Shown here: positions 11,404 to 24,186 of the stretch, one piece after another | Layout of the letters: every line of letters starts with the position of its first letter | Position numbering within the stretch: position 1 is the first letter of the stretch | From: Scyliorhinus canicula | Lineage: Eukaryota | Length of the DNA: 64,000 nt | Assembly (NCBI RefSeq): GCF_902713615.1 | Contig: NW_024055461.1 | Span: 1,225,877 to 1,289,876 of the forward strand | Direction: 5' to 3' | The notes under the pieces: generated by a model | The model's input: the letters and a program-made list of their open reading frames with translations, nothing else | Told to the model about the DNA's origin: nothing | Database searches by the model: none | Program-made: the position numbers and the translations under genes

Positions 11404-11676
11404 TAGCGTGCTTCTGATTTTGTGTGACGAATGTTTGCACTAAATACGTTTCTTCCTCAATCTTGCACGTTCGAGGAACATGAGATTTGGTCTCGCATGA
11501 GATATTGAAATTCCTGCAACAAAGTCAGAAATACTGAATTTTCAAGACGCCGAGGGAAGAAAAGCCTTTACTATTTTGCCACAATTCGGATATCAGCAGT
11601 TTGTTCATCCACCACAGAATCTATCGGATGCAGATGAACATATTTAATCACTATTTCAAACATGTCTAAATGTACG

Positions 11677-12462
11677 ATAAAAGCAACTTACTGCGTATGC
11701 GTCAATGGGGAACAAAAACAGAAAACACAGGACAGTCTCAGCAGGTCTGACAGCCTCTGTGGAGAGAGATTGCAAGTATCGTATCGAGTCTGGGTGACTC
11801 TTTGTCGAAGCCGGACAACTGGATCTTTGGTTAGGTTTAGATTGGCGGTGCGTGGGGGGAGAGCGACAGACGGCCAGCCATGGGTGGAGAATAACAAGAA
11901 TGTGTTGTGCTGAAAGAAAAAGGGAATGTAAATGTTTCTAATCAGTGTTAAGAACGGTGCTGATAGAGGCGATTAGAAGATTAGAATGTGTTCATGGTAG
12001 AGGACAATGAGGAACAAGGGGCGGATTTCCCAAGACGGATGCGATTGGCTAGGGGAATGGGGAGGGGGAGACAATGGGAGAGGAAGACATATCAATGGAA
12101 GCAATGAAAATAGGTTGATGGAAATAAACATGTGGTGAAGTGGGAAGAGTGATTTCACGGTGCGAAGTTGTTGACCGTACTGTAAAATCCGCAATGCTGT
12201 CCCGTGCCTATTCGGAGGATGGGGTGCTGTTCCTCGGCGTTGTGCTGAGCTACATGGGAACATAGCAGCAGGCCATGATCGGACATGTGGACATGAGAGC
12301 AGGACAGTGAGTTCAAATAGCAAGCGACAGGAGAGTCTACCACCAGCTTGTCGATGGAACGAAGGTGTTTTGCAAAGCGGTCACCCAGTCGGCATTTAGT
12401 CTCTCCAATGCAGAGTAGATGGCATTGGGATCAGCAAATGCAGCGGGCCAGATTGAAGGATG
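11677..12462 (-). mobile_element. Penelope-like GIY-YIG fragment, array unit 5
   Basis: Copy of 3075-3860. Confidence 0.7.
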
Positions 12463-13035
12463 TCTGAAAGTAATGTGTACTCAAAAGGACAGACACAAAC
12501 GATACTGTAACTGACTTAGAGGAAATGCCAGAGACTTAACTGAACCAGCTTTGGGAAAGAAAAAACGGTCTTCCTGATAGAGAAACAGGAGAAGCCAGTG
12601 TGGGAATCCAGGCTCAAAGTTGATTTACAATTACCCCTCCTTTCTTCTACATGAACGGTATTTAGGCTGCAGAATTTTACACACCAAAACACAAAGAGGT
12701 CAAATATAAGAAACACATAATTGTCAATTCTTAAACTCAACTCAAGCATTGAATAACGGAACAAATATTGTGTAAAGTCGGTTGCTTTTTTCTGTAGGAT
12801 TTCAGAATGCTGCATTAATAATAGAAGAGAGCATTTCGCCGTTAGAGATTTTCTGAACAATTTCTTCAGTTCAATATAGGTTCTTCTACTGGCTTGTAAG
12901 TTTAGACATCTGTTTTAAAGAAATAGACGTGTTCTTGTAAGAAGTGACATGGCCTCTCAGCCGAACCATGCGAAGCTGCAACAAGGCAGTTGAGTTGAAG
13001 GTGACACAGATCCGTTGGAGTGTGCGCTGCCAGCT

Positions 13036-13108
13036 GTTTCTGTAGTGTAGTGGTTATCACATTCGCTTTACACGCGAATGGTCCCCGGTTCGAAACCGGG
13101 CAGAAACA
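13036..13108 (+). tRNA. TRNAV-UAC: tRNA-Val(TAC), U32 variant; last gene of the array, abuts the L1
   Basis: TTCGC-TT-TAC-AC-GCGAA; followed immediately by GGGGGGCGGTATGTCATG. Confidence 0.88.
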
Positions 13109-16100
13109 GGGGGGCGGTATGTCATGGTCAGCGGGGCCCTGGATGGGGCGCCGGTAGTTCTAGTTAACGTGTACGCGCCCAACTGGGACGACACGAGCTT
13201 CATCCAAAAGACCATGGCAGAAATCCCGGACATAGCGACGCACCGACTAATCATGGGGGGGGACTTCAACTGTGTACAGGATCCAAAGACGGACAGATCA
13301 AACCCCAGAACGGGGAAAACCTCAAACATGGCAAGGGAACTCAGTCACTATATGGAGCAGATGGGAGCAGTGGACCCCTGGAGATTCACCCACCCGGGGG
13401 AGAAAGAATTCTCTTTCTTCTCCCCAGTACACAATGTGTACACCAGAATTGACTTCTTTGTGGTGGGGAAAACGGAGCTTCCAGGGATAGACAAGGTGGA
13501 ATACTCCGCAATTGTGATATCAGACCACGCCCCACACTACATGGACGTGCGGCTGGAGACGGGAAGGGCCCAGCGCCCCACATGGAGGCTGGACGGTGCC
13601 TTACTAGCTGCCAAGGCCTTCAGCGAAAGGATAGCGTGGGCCATAGCGGAATACACGGAGAACAACCAAAACGGGGAGGTCTCATCCTCCACGTTCTGGG
13701 AAGCGCTTAAGGCCGTACTAAGAGGGGAAATCATTGCCTACAAAGCGCAAAGAGATAGGGAGGAAAGGGTGGCTAGGCAGAAGCTGGTCGACTCCATACT
13801 GGAGGTAGACCGTAAATACTCCGAGGCCCCGACCGTAGAGCTCCTGGCGGAGAGAAAAGAATTACAAAGGAACTTTGACCTGCTCTCCTCCAGGAAAGCA
13901 GTACACCAACTCCGCCAGGCACGCGGGGCCCTGTACGAACACGGAGACAAAGCCAGCCGCCTGTTGGCACACCAGCTGAGAAAGCAGGCAGCCAGCAGGG
14001 AAATTGCGCAAATCAGAGGTACCAGAGGCACGTGGGAAACAGAACCAGAGAGGATTAACGAAACCTTCAAGGCCTTCTACCAAGAGCTGTACACCTCAGA
14101 GCCCCCAACGGGGAAGGCTGGGATGAACCAGTTTCTTGATGGACTGGACATACCAGTCGTGGGAGAGGGCAGAAAACGGGATCTGGAAGCACCACTAGCA
14201 CTGGGAGAGATCATGGAGAGCATTAGCTCCATGCAGACGGGGAAGGCGCCGGGACCGGACGGATTCCCGGCGGACTTCTACAAACAATTTGCGACAGCGC
14301 TGGCCCCGCACCTGCGGGAGATGTTCACAGACTCGCTAGCTAGGGGCACACTGCCACCCACGTTTGCACAGGCCTCAATCTCGTTGATACCTAAGAAAGA
14401 CAAAGACCCAACGGAATGTGGGTCATACAGACCCATATCTCTGCTGAACGCAGACGCCAAAATACTGGCCAAAATCCGAGCCAAAAGGCTAGAAGACTGT
14501 GTACCTGAGGTGGTCACAGAGGACCAGATGGGCTTCGTCAAAGGTAGACAGCTTACCGCGAACATCAGGCGCCTTCTGAACGTGATAATGACCCCCTCTG
14601 GGGAGAGAACACAAGAGGTGATCGTCTCCCTGGACGCAGAAAAGGCCTTCGACAGAGTCGAATGGAAATACCTCATAGAGGTAATGGAGCGGTTCGGGCT
14701 TGGAACAGGGTTCACCGCTTGGGTAAAACTCCTATACAACGCTCCCATGGCGAGTGTACGGACCAACAATACCAACTCCCAATACTTCCAGCTGCACAGG
14801 GGCACTAGACAAGGATGCCCACTGTCCCCACTGCTGTTCGCACTAGCAATCGAACCGCTAGCAATCGCGCTCAGGGCAGCAAAAAATTGGAGGGGGGTCC
14901 AAAGGGGAGGTAGAGAGCACAGAGTCTCACTCTATGCGGATGATCTGCTCCTCTATATCTCGGACCCACAAAGCAGCATGGACGGAATCATAGCGCTCCT
15001 GAAAGAACAAACTCAACATGAGCAAAAGTGAGATCTTCCCAGTACACCCGCAAGGGTGGGGGGGGGGGGGGCGGGGGGCAGCACTAAAGGGGCTGCCGTT
15101 CAAACAAGCCCGAAATAAATTCCGCTACCTGGGGATCCAAATAGCCCATGACTGGAAAGGGATCCACAAATGGAACCTCACCAGCCTGACGGAGGAAGTT
15201 AAAAAGGACCTGCAAAGATGGAACACACTCCCGCTCTCCCTCGCGGGGAGAGTCCAGACGATCAAAATGAACGTACTGCCCAGGTTCCTTTTCCTGTTTA
15301 GATCCATTCCGATCTACATCTCCAAGGCCTTTTTCAAAGCACTGGACAAACATATCATGGCGTTCGTATGGGGGGGTAAAAATGCTAGGATCCCAAAGAA
15401 GGTCATACAAAAAACAAAATCCAGGGGGGGGCTAGCCCTCCCGAATCTACAATTCTACCACTGGGCGGCAACAGCCGAGCGAGTAAGGGGATGGATCCAG
15501 GAGCCAGAAGCCGAGTGGGTGCGTGCGGAGGAGGCCTCCTGCATGGGAACCTCCCTCCGGGCCCTCGCCATGGCAGCACTCCCATCCCCACCCAAAAAAC
15601 ACTCCACCAGCCCAGTGGTGACAGCCACCCTCCAATCCTGGAACCAACTGCGGCAGCAATTTGGCCTGTACAAAATGTCGGACAAGGCTCCCATCTGCAA
15701 CAACCATAGGTTCAAACCAGCACTGACTGACGCCACCTTCAAAAGGTGGAGGCAGGACGGGGGGACACTGACAGTCAGGGACCCAAACACGGACGACAGG
15801 ATCGCAACACTGGACGAACTGACAGAGAAATTTCAGCTAGCTGGGGGGAACGAGCTACGGTACCTGCAGCTCAAAAACTTCCTACGAAAGGAGACAAGGA
15901 CGTACCCACAACCGCCACGACAGACACTACTGGAAGACCTACTGGACGCAAGTATCCTAGAGAAAGGGAACTGTAGTGACATGTATGACCGACTGGTAGA
16001 TAGGGACGACACCGTACTGGATGCAACAAGAAGGAAATGGGAGGACGACGTGGGGATGGAGATAGGGTGGGGACTCTGGAGCGAAGCACTGCATAGGGTC

Positions 16101-16970
16101 AACTCCACCTCCACGTGCGCAAGGCTCAGCCTGACGCAACTAAAAGTGGTACATAGAGCCCACTTAACGAGAAACCGTATGAGTAGGTTCTTCCCGGAGG
16201 TGGAGGACAAATGTGAGCGGTGCCAGAGAGGCCCGGCCAACCACGCCCACATGTTCTGGTCTTGCCCCAGACTTGTGGAGTACTGGACAGCCTTCTTCGA
16301 GGCTATGTCCAAAGTGGTGGGGGTGAGGGTGGAGCCATGCCCGATAGTGGCGGTCTTCGGGGTTTCAGACCAGCCAGATCTATTCCTGGGGAGGAGGGCG
16401 GACGCCCTTGCCTTTGCCTCCCTGATTGCCCGCCGTAGAATCCTGTTTGGCTGGCGGTCAGCAGCACCACCCAGAGCTGCGGACTGGCTGTCCGACCTCT
16501 CGGAATCTCTCCAAATGGAGAAAATCAAATTCGCCATCCGAGGGTCGGACGACGGCTTCCACAGAACGTGGCAGCCATTCATGTAACTGTTCCGGGACCT
16601 GTTTGTGGCCAACGTACATGAGGAAGAATAGCCGGGTGGTCATGAACCAGGGGGAAATGGACGGGAATCGGGGGAAGGTCGCCGGGGCGGGGGGGGGGAG
16701 GGGGGGCTCGGTATGGGGGTTTGATGGCAAGCCAAGGCCCAAAACCAAGCTATAAATAAATGCCTATAAACATGTGCCTCGGCCATATTGGGGAATGTAA
16801 AATATGTATGCTGGCTAAAGGGGGCGGCCACAATTATTGTTATGAAGATGCTTACCTGTAAATATTCATGTTAAATTTTTGTGTTTTCCTTTTTTTTTCT
16901 CTCTCTCTAATAACTTGTAATTTGTCATATATAAAATATGAAAACTCAATAAAAAAACATTTATAAAAAA
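13109..16970 (+). mobile_element. 5'-truncated L1-clade non-LTR retrotransposon
   Basis: APE endonuclease, RT and CCHC motifs; 3' UTR ending aataaaaaaacatttataaaaaa; no TSD seen. Confidence 0.93.
13124..16586 (+). pseudogene. L1 ORF2 (partial endonuclease, RT, CCHC), frameshifted near 15007
   Basis: VYAPN, GGDFN, RIDFF, SDHAP; YRPISLLN, LDAEKAFD, QGCPLSP, LYADD; CERC..HAHMFWSC. Split into ORFs of 635 and 522 aa where the usual FGxxSGYK segment is missing. Confidence 0.9.
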
Positions 16971-17239
16971 GGTTAGGTCAGGTTCCTGATTTTATGACAG
17001 CAGTTCTCAGTTGTTACTGTGGTCAATCTCAGCTGTTAACATGATAAACTAAGGCCCATTTTATATTACACTGTATTGAGGAGGTTACGATAGCATGCAA
17101 TCGGTTATTATAATGTCCATTTCCGAATTGTTACTTCAGTAGACTCAACTGATACTAACCAGAACTAGCTCCTGTTTGTATTGCCTGAGGCACTAGTTCA
17201 GTTATTGCTTTACCTGAAGCTGCCACGTTCCTCAGGGTA

Positions 17240-18178
17240 GTGGTCTGGGCCCAACCATATCCAGCTGCTTCATGGATGGCCTATTGTCCATCATAAGGAC
17301 AAAAGTGAGGATGTTCGCTGGTATTTGCACAATGTTCAACACCGTTTGTGACTCATTAGATGCAATCCATGTCAGAATGCAACAAGATCTGTACTATATT
17401 CAGGCTTAGGCTAACAAGTGGCGTGCAGGCAGTTGCCCGATCTCACAAGAGAAGATCGAGCCATCTCCCCTTGACATTCAATGGCATTACAACGGAATCC
17501 CAGTATTAACATCCAGGGGCTGCCGTTGACCGGAAACTGAACTGGTGAACTCGCTGAATTAGCCATATAAATACTGTTGCGAACTGAACAGGTGCAAAGT
17601 GAGGAATCCTGCCGCAAGCAACTCACTTCCTTACTCCCCAAAGCCTGTCCACCATCTACAGGGCACAAGTCCGGAGTGTAATGGAATACTCTCCACTTGT
17701 CTGGATGAGTGCAGCTCCAACAACACTCGAGAGGCAAGACACCATCCAGGAGAGAGCAGTCCGTTTGATTGCTAACCCTTCCAAAAATATTAAATCCCTA
17801 CGTACCGACGAATAGTAACAGTTTTCTGTCCCACCTAAAAGATGCACTAGAACAACTCAACAAGGTTCCTTAGGCACCACCTTCCAAACCCACGAACAGT
17901 ACCTTCTGGAAGGACAAAAGCAGCAGACACCTGGGATCACCTTTTCCTGGAGGTTCCCCTTCAAACCACTCACCATCCTAACTTGGAAATATATCGTCGT
18001 TCCTTCACTTTCGCAGGGTCACAATGCTGGATTTCTCTCCCGAACAGCTCTGTGGTACCTATACCTTAGGAACTGCCGCGATTTAAGAAGGCAACTCACA
18101 TTCTGAAGGGCAACTAGAGATCGGAAGGCAATGTTGACCTAACCAGCCATGCCCCAATCCCATCAATGAATTAAAAAA
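17240..18178 (+). mobile_element. Degenerate 3' part of a CR1/L2-group LINE
   Basis: Relic of GSVLGP..F..DLP..MFADD; tail gggcaactag...cccatcaatgaattaaaaaa. Confidence 0.7.
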
Positions 18179-18474
18179 CACAGTGCAGTAATAACAGAGA
18201 CAGGGCCTGGCCCAATATAGACAGAGATATATGCGAAAGTAGTGATCACACGAACTTGTCAAGAGAGCAATAAAAATTGATATATGGATTACGTAGGCAT
18301 ATGAAAGACAGCACCTGATCTAAATTGGAATAAGCCTGTATTTGTGTTGTTATAATCGTAAAAATACTTCGTACAATGATGATTGGAATAGGTCAAAATA
18401 ACAATACAGGAAACAGGCTCTTAGAATCGACAGGGACAGCGTTTCCAGTAATAATAATAATAATTGTTACTATT

Positions 18475-18600
18475 ATATAAGTAGGCTTACATTAACACGG
18501 CAATGAAGTTATTGTTAAAATCCCCTGGTCCCCACAGTACGGCGCCTGTTCGGGTACACCAAGGGAGAATTTGGGATGTCCAATTCATCTAACAAGCATG
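18475..18600 (-). mobile_element. Shark SINE 3' fragment
   Basis: gtaggcttacattaacac...ggcgcctgttcgggtacac. Confidence 0.55.
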
Positions 18601-19547
18601 TTAATAATAATTGCACTAATAACAGAGAATCAGAGCATTAAAACCTGAATGGCAGTTAGACTATTAGTTTAACCATCACGTAGATAGCGTCTTTGTGTCC
18701 ACCCTTATTGCATACTGACTTTAAATGCACACAGCACAGTGATTGGTGCATTTTTCAAAATTGCAACCTGCAATCGACCAAGTCGGATGATGAAGTACAG
18801 CCAATCAAAGTTGGGTATGAAGTAACCATGTTTGTGTGACAGAGAGAAACAGCGCCTATTGATATCAGAGCAAATGGTTCGGTGCCTCATGATATATCAG
18901 ATTTCCCCCCAAATTCTTAATTACGGAGTCAAGCGCCGTTCCAATATGAACTGGATGAAGTTAGTGTGATGGTAATAATAAACGAAAATGCTGGAATTGT
19001 TCTGCATGTCATGCAGATTCTGAGATGAGCAGAGTTCACGTTTCATGCCAATAACGGAATATCAGCCCCAAGTTCATCGGCCTGAAACGAACTGTATTTC
19101 TCTCTGAAAATGTGACCGCCAGCGTAACACATCTGGCAGCACTTCTGTTGCTGAGCTGTTTGACCTGCGTTCAAATTCCACTCCAGGATTTGTTGACCAT
19201 GGAAGGAGTGTTCGTGCAACTGAAACATGTTATTGATCAGCCTCCAAAATATCCTTCCACCTCCCCGCACCTTCCTCCGTGGGTGGAAATAATGTGAATG
19301 TACGAAAAACAAATTGATTTTCTATCCACTTTCTGGCCTGCTGAGACTTTCCAGCAGTTTATGTGTTTATTTTAGATTTATGGTACCTGTAGTGTGTTAT
19401 ATTTGTATTAGGTCTTGTCGGCTTTAACATGTTAGTGACACTCTCACCCGTGATTCTCAATTCTCATGGTGTTAGTTTAGATTAAATTTCTTGTTTTTTG
19501 TCTTCATTATTTTCATATACACAGCTGGATTGAGGGAACTATTCGAC

Positions 19548-19980
19548 CATAAGAATTAAGAACAGAAGTCGGCCATTCAGCCCTTCAAGCCCGCTTCACC
19601 ATTGACTATGTTCAGATTCATGGCTCCTCGAACACTCACGAAATCCACATTCAAGCGTAAAGTCCGTAAACTTTTATTAACTTCCTGAATAAAAACCTTT
19701 CGATCCCAGCATTGAAAATGGTCAAGGACTCGGTCTCCACAGCTTCCTGGGGTGACGAATTCACAAGATTCTCTTTCAGAGAACAAAACCTTCCACAAAT
19801 CCGGCTTATTCTCAGTCTCTGCCCTCTGGGCAGACACTATCCCATGAGTGAAAACATCTTCCCGACATGCACCCTATCTCACCCCCTCAGAATCTAAAGG
19901 GTAAACGACAGAGCAACTCTGAACAATCTCTCCATCCAGCGAAAGACGGGTTCGTGGGACATCATACTTTTATGAATTTA
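19548..19980 (-). mobile_element. CR1 LINE 3' fragment
   Basis: cataagaattaagaacagaagtcggccattcagccc is a reversed CR1 tail. Confidence 0.6.
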
Positions 19981-19994
19981 AATCCCCCACTTTC

Positions 19995-20192
19995 TTCTTT
20001 CCAATTAAAGGTCCTGCAGCGTGGCCAATCCAACACTGTGCAGATCATTGGATTGGAGGGGGGGGGGGGGAAGGAGGGGGGCTAAGTCAGACACGGTGAG
20101 AATGTGCAAACTCCACACAGGCAGTGACCCGGGGCCGGGATCTTACCCGGATCCTCAACACCATGAGACAATAGTGCTAACCACTGCAACGC
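19995..20192 (-). mobile_element. tRNA-derived V-SINE (HE1-like), degenerate
   Basis: gagaatgtgcaaactccacacaggcagtgacc...gtgctaaccactgcaacgccgtgccgc. Confidence 0.75.
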
Positions 20193-20347
20193 CGTGCCGC
20201 TCTCCTGGGACATCAATGATGTTTGTCATTCCTTCCAACTTCGAAAATAACAAACATCTTCGCTCTCCTTGGATTTGTGGAGTGATTTACAACGGCCGGA
20301 GCAGGGTCAGACTGGCTTCGAATACATAAATGCATAGATACATATAA

Positions 20348-20790
20348 TCTGGTATAATGATAATCATAGAGACCGGCTCCAGTGTACCAATAACAGAGAC
20401 TGCCAGGCCCGGGCTCAGTCTGCGGTCTGGTATAATAATAATCACAGAGACCGGCCCCAGTGTATCAATAACAGAGACTGCCGGACCCGGGGTCAGACTG
20501 GGGTCAGGTATAATAATAATCACAGAGACAGACTCCAGTATATCAATAACAGAGGCTGCCGGGCCCGGGTCAGACTGGGGTCTGGTATAATAATAATCAC
20601 AGAGACCGGCTCCAGTGTATCAGTAACAGAGACTGCCGGGCCCGGGGTCAGACTGGGGTCTGGTATAATAATAATCACAGAGACCGGCTCCAGTGTATCA
20701 ATAACAGAGACTGCCGGGCCCGGGGTCAGACTGCGGTCTGGTATAATAATAATCACAGAGACCGGCTCCAGTGTATCAATTACAGAGACT
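20348..20790. repeat. 78-bp minisatellite, about 5.7 copies
   Basis: Unit starts at 20348, 20426, 20504, 20581, 20659, 20737. Confidence 0.92.
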
Positions 20791-21167
20791 GGGGATAATC
20801 TTCGATGCTGAAGCAGGGGACCTCATGAACGGCTGATTTTAATAGGAAGTGAAACTGTCAGAAAGCAATGATACTGAGGGCCTTAGCCTGTGCTTCGGTG
20901 TCATGGTGAGTGATAGGGATGTGTGTGATAAAAGCGAATTGGAAACGCTGATGAGTGAGGTGCGTGTGATTGGCCCCACCTGGGATATTTTCTACCCAAT
21001 GGGAGGACAATTATGGCAGACTCTATAATGGCGCCTCTGTCAGGGGAAACGAAAACATCTGTTTTTTCTCATTCTTACCAACAGTTCTCCATTTGCACAG
21101 ATGTGCAAGAGTCAGTTCCGGCAGTTTCTGGTCACTATTTCATTTTATAAATTTAGAGCACGCAGTT

Positions 21168-21363
21168 ATTTTTTTCCAATTAAGGGGCAATTTTGCGTGG
21201 CCAATACGCCTATCCAACACATATTTTGGTTGTGGGGGTGAATCACACACAGACACGGGGAGAATGTGCAAACTACACACGGGCAGTGACCCAGGGTCGG
21301 GATCGAACTCGGGTTCTCAGCGCCGTGGGCAGCAGTGCTAACCACTGCACCACCGTGCCGCCC
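21168..21363 (-). mobile_element. V-SINE (short catshark-type)
   Basis: ttttccaattaaggggcaatt...gtgctaaccactgcaccaccgtgccgccc. Confidence 0.85.
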
Positions 21364-23844
21364 TAGCTTATGGCGACTTATGTTTAAATAATCAAATTGG
21401 GACAAGAAAGACTAAAAGCCAAAACCTCATCGCAGGCAGAATTAGTGCCACAAACGTTAAAGATAATTGTTGTTTTTTTGAACAAATGCTATTCACTGTT
21501 ATTTTGTCCAAAGTAGTGGATTGTAAACAACAATCTGTTAAAGATTTGTGGGAATTATCTACACACACCCAGGTACTGCCAGAAGACAGGAATAGCACAA
21601 GAGCAAAGCTGTACAATGATTGCATTTTATTCGGCCTCAATGAAGGACAGGGGTAGATACAGAAAAGGTGCTGGGAAAATGATTATTGATGGGCCATCCA
21701 ACTGGTCCCATTCCTCTCATCCTTCAAATCTTAATACCTTAATATTTATCGATTATTTTCCAAAGATGCTATTAAATCTGATTCCATCATACTTTCCAGA
21801 CCTGTGTTCAAGTTTATAACAACTATCTGTGTAAAAACAATCCTCCTGTTCAATACAATAAATCTGTGTCCTCTGGTTAAATACACTCCAGCCAGTTGCA
21901 ATAGTTTCTCTCTAATTACTCGATTCAAACCTTCATGATTTTCTTTCGCAGTTTTATTAAATAGACACACATAAAGATGGAGAAAGATACAGAGAGAGAG
22001 AGTGAAACTGACCGAAGAAATTAGAAAGAGAGAAGCGGAGTTGAGAGATAAAGGCTGAGAAACAGTAAAAACAAATTGCACTCAGAGAGGGAGAATGATA
22101 AAATAGTGAAAGGGAGCAATATATCTTTTCCTGGCTTCAGAGAACCGGGGAAACTCAGTGACTGATCCACTGACCATCCAATTATGCCCTGGAATGGAAG
22201 CTTTGAACAGATCACAACCGGCTCATTTGTAAATGTCACCGCAATGTGACCTGTGTGACTCTGCCCTGACTCTGTGGGCAGATATAGGCCGCACTGACAG
22301 ATGTTCTCACCAGATTGTGGTCCCTGGATTTATTTTCTGCTCAGAAGTCAGATGTGCGGGTTGGAACCGGCAGCAGAGAAACAGGAAGTTGTGTTACCTG
22401 AGAATGAAACAGCAGGCGTCAGTTTCATGTTATCACCGTGAACAGTCTTCCTGCCTGTGAGGGTGAACTCACTCTGACAGCATCAAGAACACCCACACAG
22501 ATTTCTGCCGGCTTCAGCATGACATTCATCCCCATTCCTTTAAAAAAGGTGGATTATTTTTTTAGAAGCACAGTAACCGATCGGAAGATGCTTAGATGAT
22601 CTTCACTGGTCATAATACTAATAATCTGGAGAGAAGGAGGGAAATTAAAACAACAATCTGTTACAGAGGTTATACTAAAGTAGAAAGTTTGAAGTCACTT
22701 GATGTCTGAGAGCGAGAGAGCGAGAGCTAGATAGAAAGAGAGCGTGTGAGAGAAAGAGGGGGCGCGCGGGGGGGGGGTGGATAGAGAGAGAGGGGGAGAG
22801 AGTGAGAGGCGGGGGGAGAGAAAGGAGGTTAAGTAAACGAGCTAGTGTCTTTCTGGTACAGAATTTTCCTCTGATGAAGTTTTAGTGCTTCATTTTTTTA
22901 GACCTGAAGTGCCTTCAACAAAAAAGATTTAAACACTAGGTGCCTGACCCGGCTGCTGTGTGCCTGTGTAAGTGAGTTAAGAGTGAGAGACAAAAGCGAG
23001 ATCAACTGATTTAGGTGCAGCCTGAGACAGAGAAAGCCAGGTGAACCGATATGTAAGTAATTTGAAAGATATGTTTGCCTTTTCAATGGAATGAACAGCT
23101 TGACATTACTGCATAGATCACTCAAGACCAGTAAATACTGAGTGCAGCATAGGATCTGGAAGGTAATCTCAATAAAATGTCGTCATGTGCTGAAAAATAA
23201 TTGCAATTATTGGCAACGCCATTTGCAAACAATGAATAATGATGTGTTCCAGACTAACCGGCCCTTATGGACATACAGGCACACACATAGACACACATAT
23301 CCACACACAGACACAAACACACACATACATACATACACAATTTCAGACTCTGTCTCTCACAATCAGTGGCCACACCAAAAGGAAACAGAAATCCACTCAG
23401 CAAAAAGTGTGAAAGACAATTCGGACCATGAAAGGAAACAGTAGGTAGTTGCCACAGATTTACACAAATCTGAATTATCATACATACCACAATGGAGTTT
23501 GTGACTGTGTTGTGCAATTTGGAATTCAATATGGCTCCTGTGTTTCTGTTCCTCAGTCTGGTGATGAAGTGAATGGCACAAGATTCACTCCGATCTTTCA
23601 GCAACATATTACACGTCCATTACCAGACCAATCACACAACATCAAATAGTTATTCATTATGCTTTTGTAAGTGAAATAAGTCTGAGAGAGGACAGAGAGA
23701 GAATCAATATACGTGTAGTCTGTAACAGAGATGAGAACAGATCGGCAGTAGTTTTAAAGATGTATTTGCCTTTGCAACAAACGTCCATCACAGCTAATAG
23801 TTATTAACACGACAAAATGTATTCTTCCAAAGTGAGTGTCACAA

Positions 23845-24186
23845 GTCATTGGCGCAGTGGTATTTTCGCTGGACTAGTAATCCAGAGACCCAGAGTCAAG
23901 ATCTGGGGACCCGGGCTCCCATCACGGCAGGTGGTGAAATTTCAATCAAGACAGATCAGGAATTAAACGTCTAATGATGACCAAGAAACCATTGTTCTGT
24001 GTAATCAAAACCCATCTGGTTCACTGATGTCCTTCAGGGAAGGACATCTGTCGCCCTCAACTAGTCTGGTCTACATATGACTCCAGATGACTCGACAGCA
24101 ATGTCGTTGACTCATAAATGCCCTCAGGGATGTATAAGAACTGCAGGATCAGCCAGCGACATCCACATCCCATGAACGAATAAAAA
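23845..24186 (+). mobile_element. DeuSINE-like (SacSINE1-like) SINE
   Basis: tRNA-like head; core aaacccatctggttcactgatgtccttcagggaagg; tail shared with the 17240 LINE family. Confidence 0.65.

Larger units (their letters stand above)
2280..13108 (+). repeat. Tandem tRNA gene array, about 5 units of ~2.27 kb
   Basis: Arg starts at 2330, 4601, 6919, 9193; Val starts at 2732, 4995, 7321, 9595, 11331; spacers near-identical (same spurious ORFs recur). Confidence 0.97.

Noticed and set aside
3060-12860. Recurrent 60-115 aa ORFs (MSKCT..., MLFEL..., MFRKSL...) in the array
   Set aside because: They recur only because the unit is repeated. They overlap decayed PLE sequence and spacer and carry no recognisable domain.
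13124-16586. Autonomous L1
   Set aside because: No 5' UTR or ORF1, truncated endonuclease and a frameshift after the YADD motif.
20348-20790. 78-bp array as a CRISPR or as a coding repeat (78 = 26 codons)
   Set aside because: No unique spacers, eukaryotic context, and stops interrupt the frames; an ordinary minisatellite.
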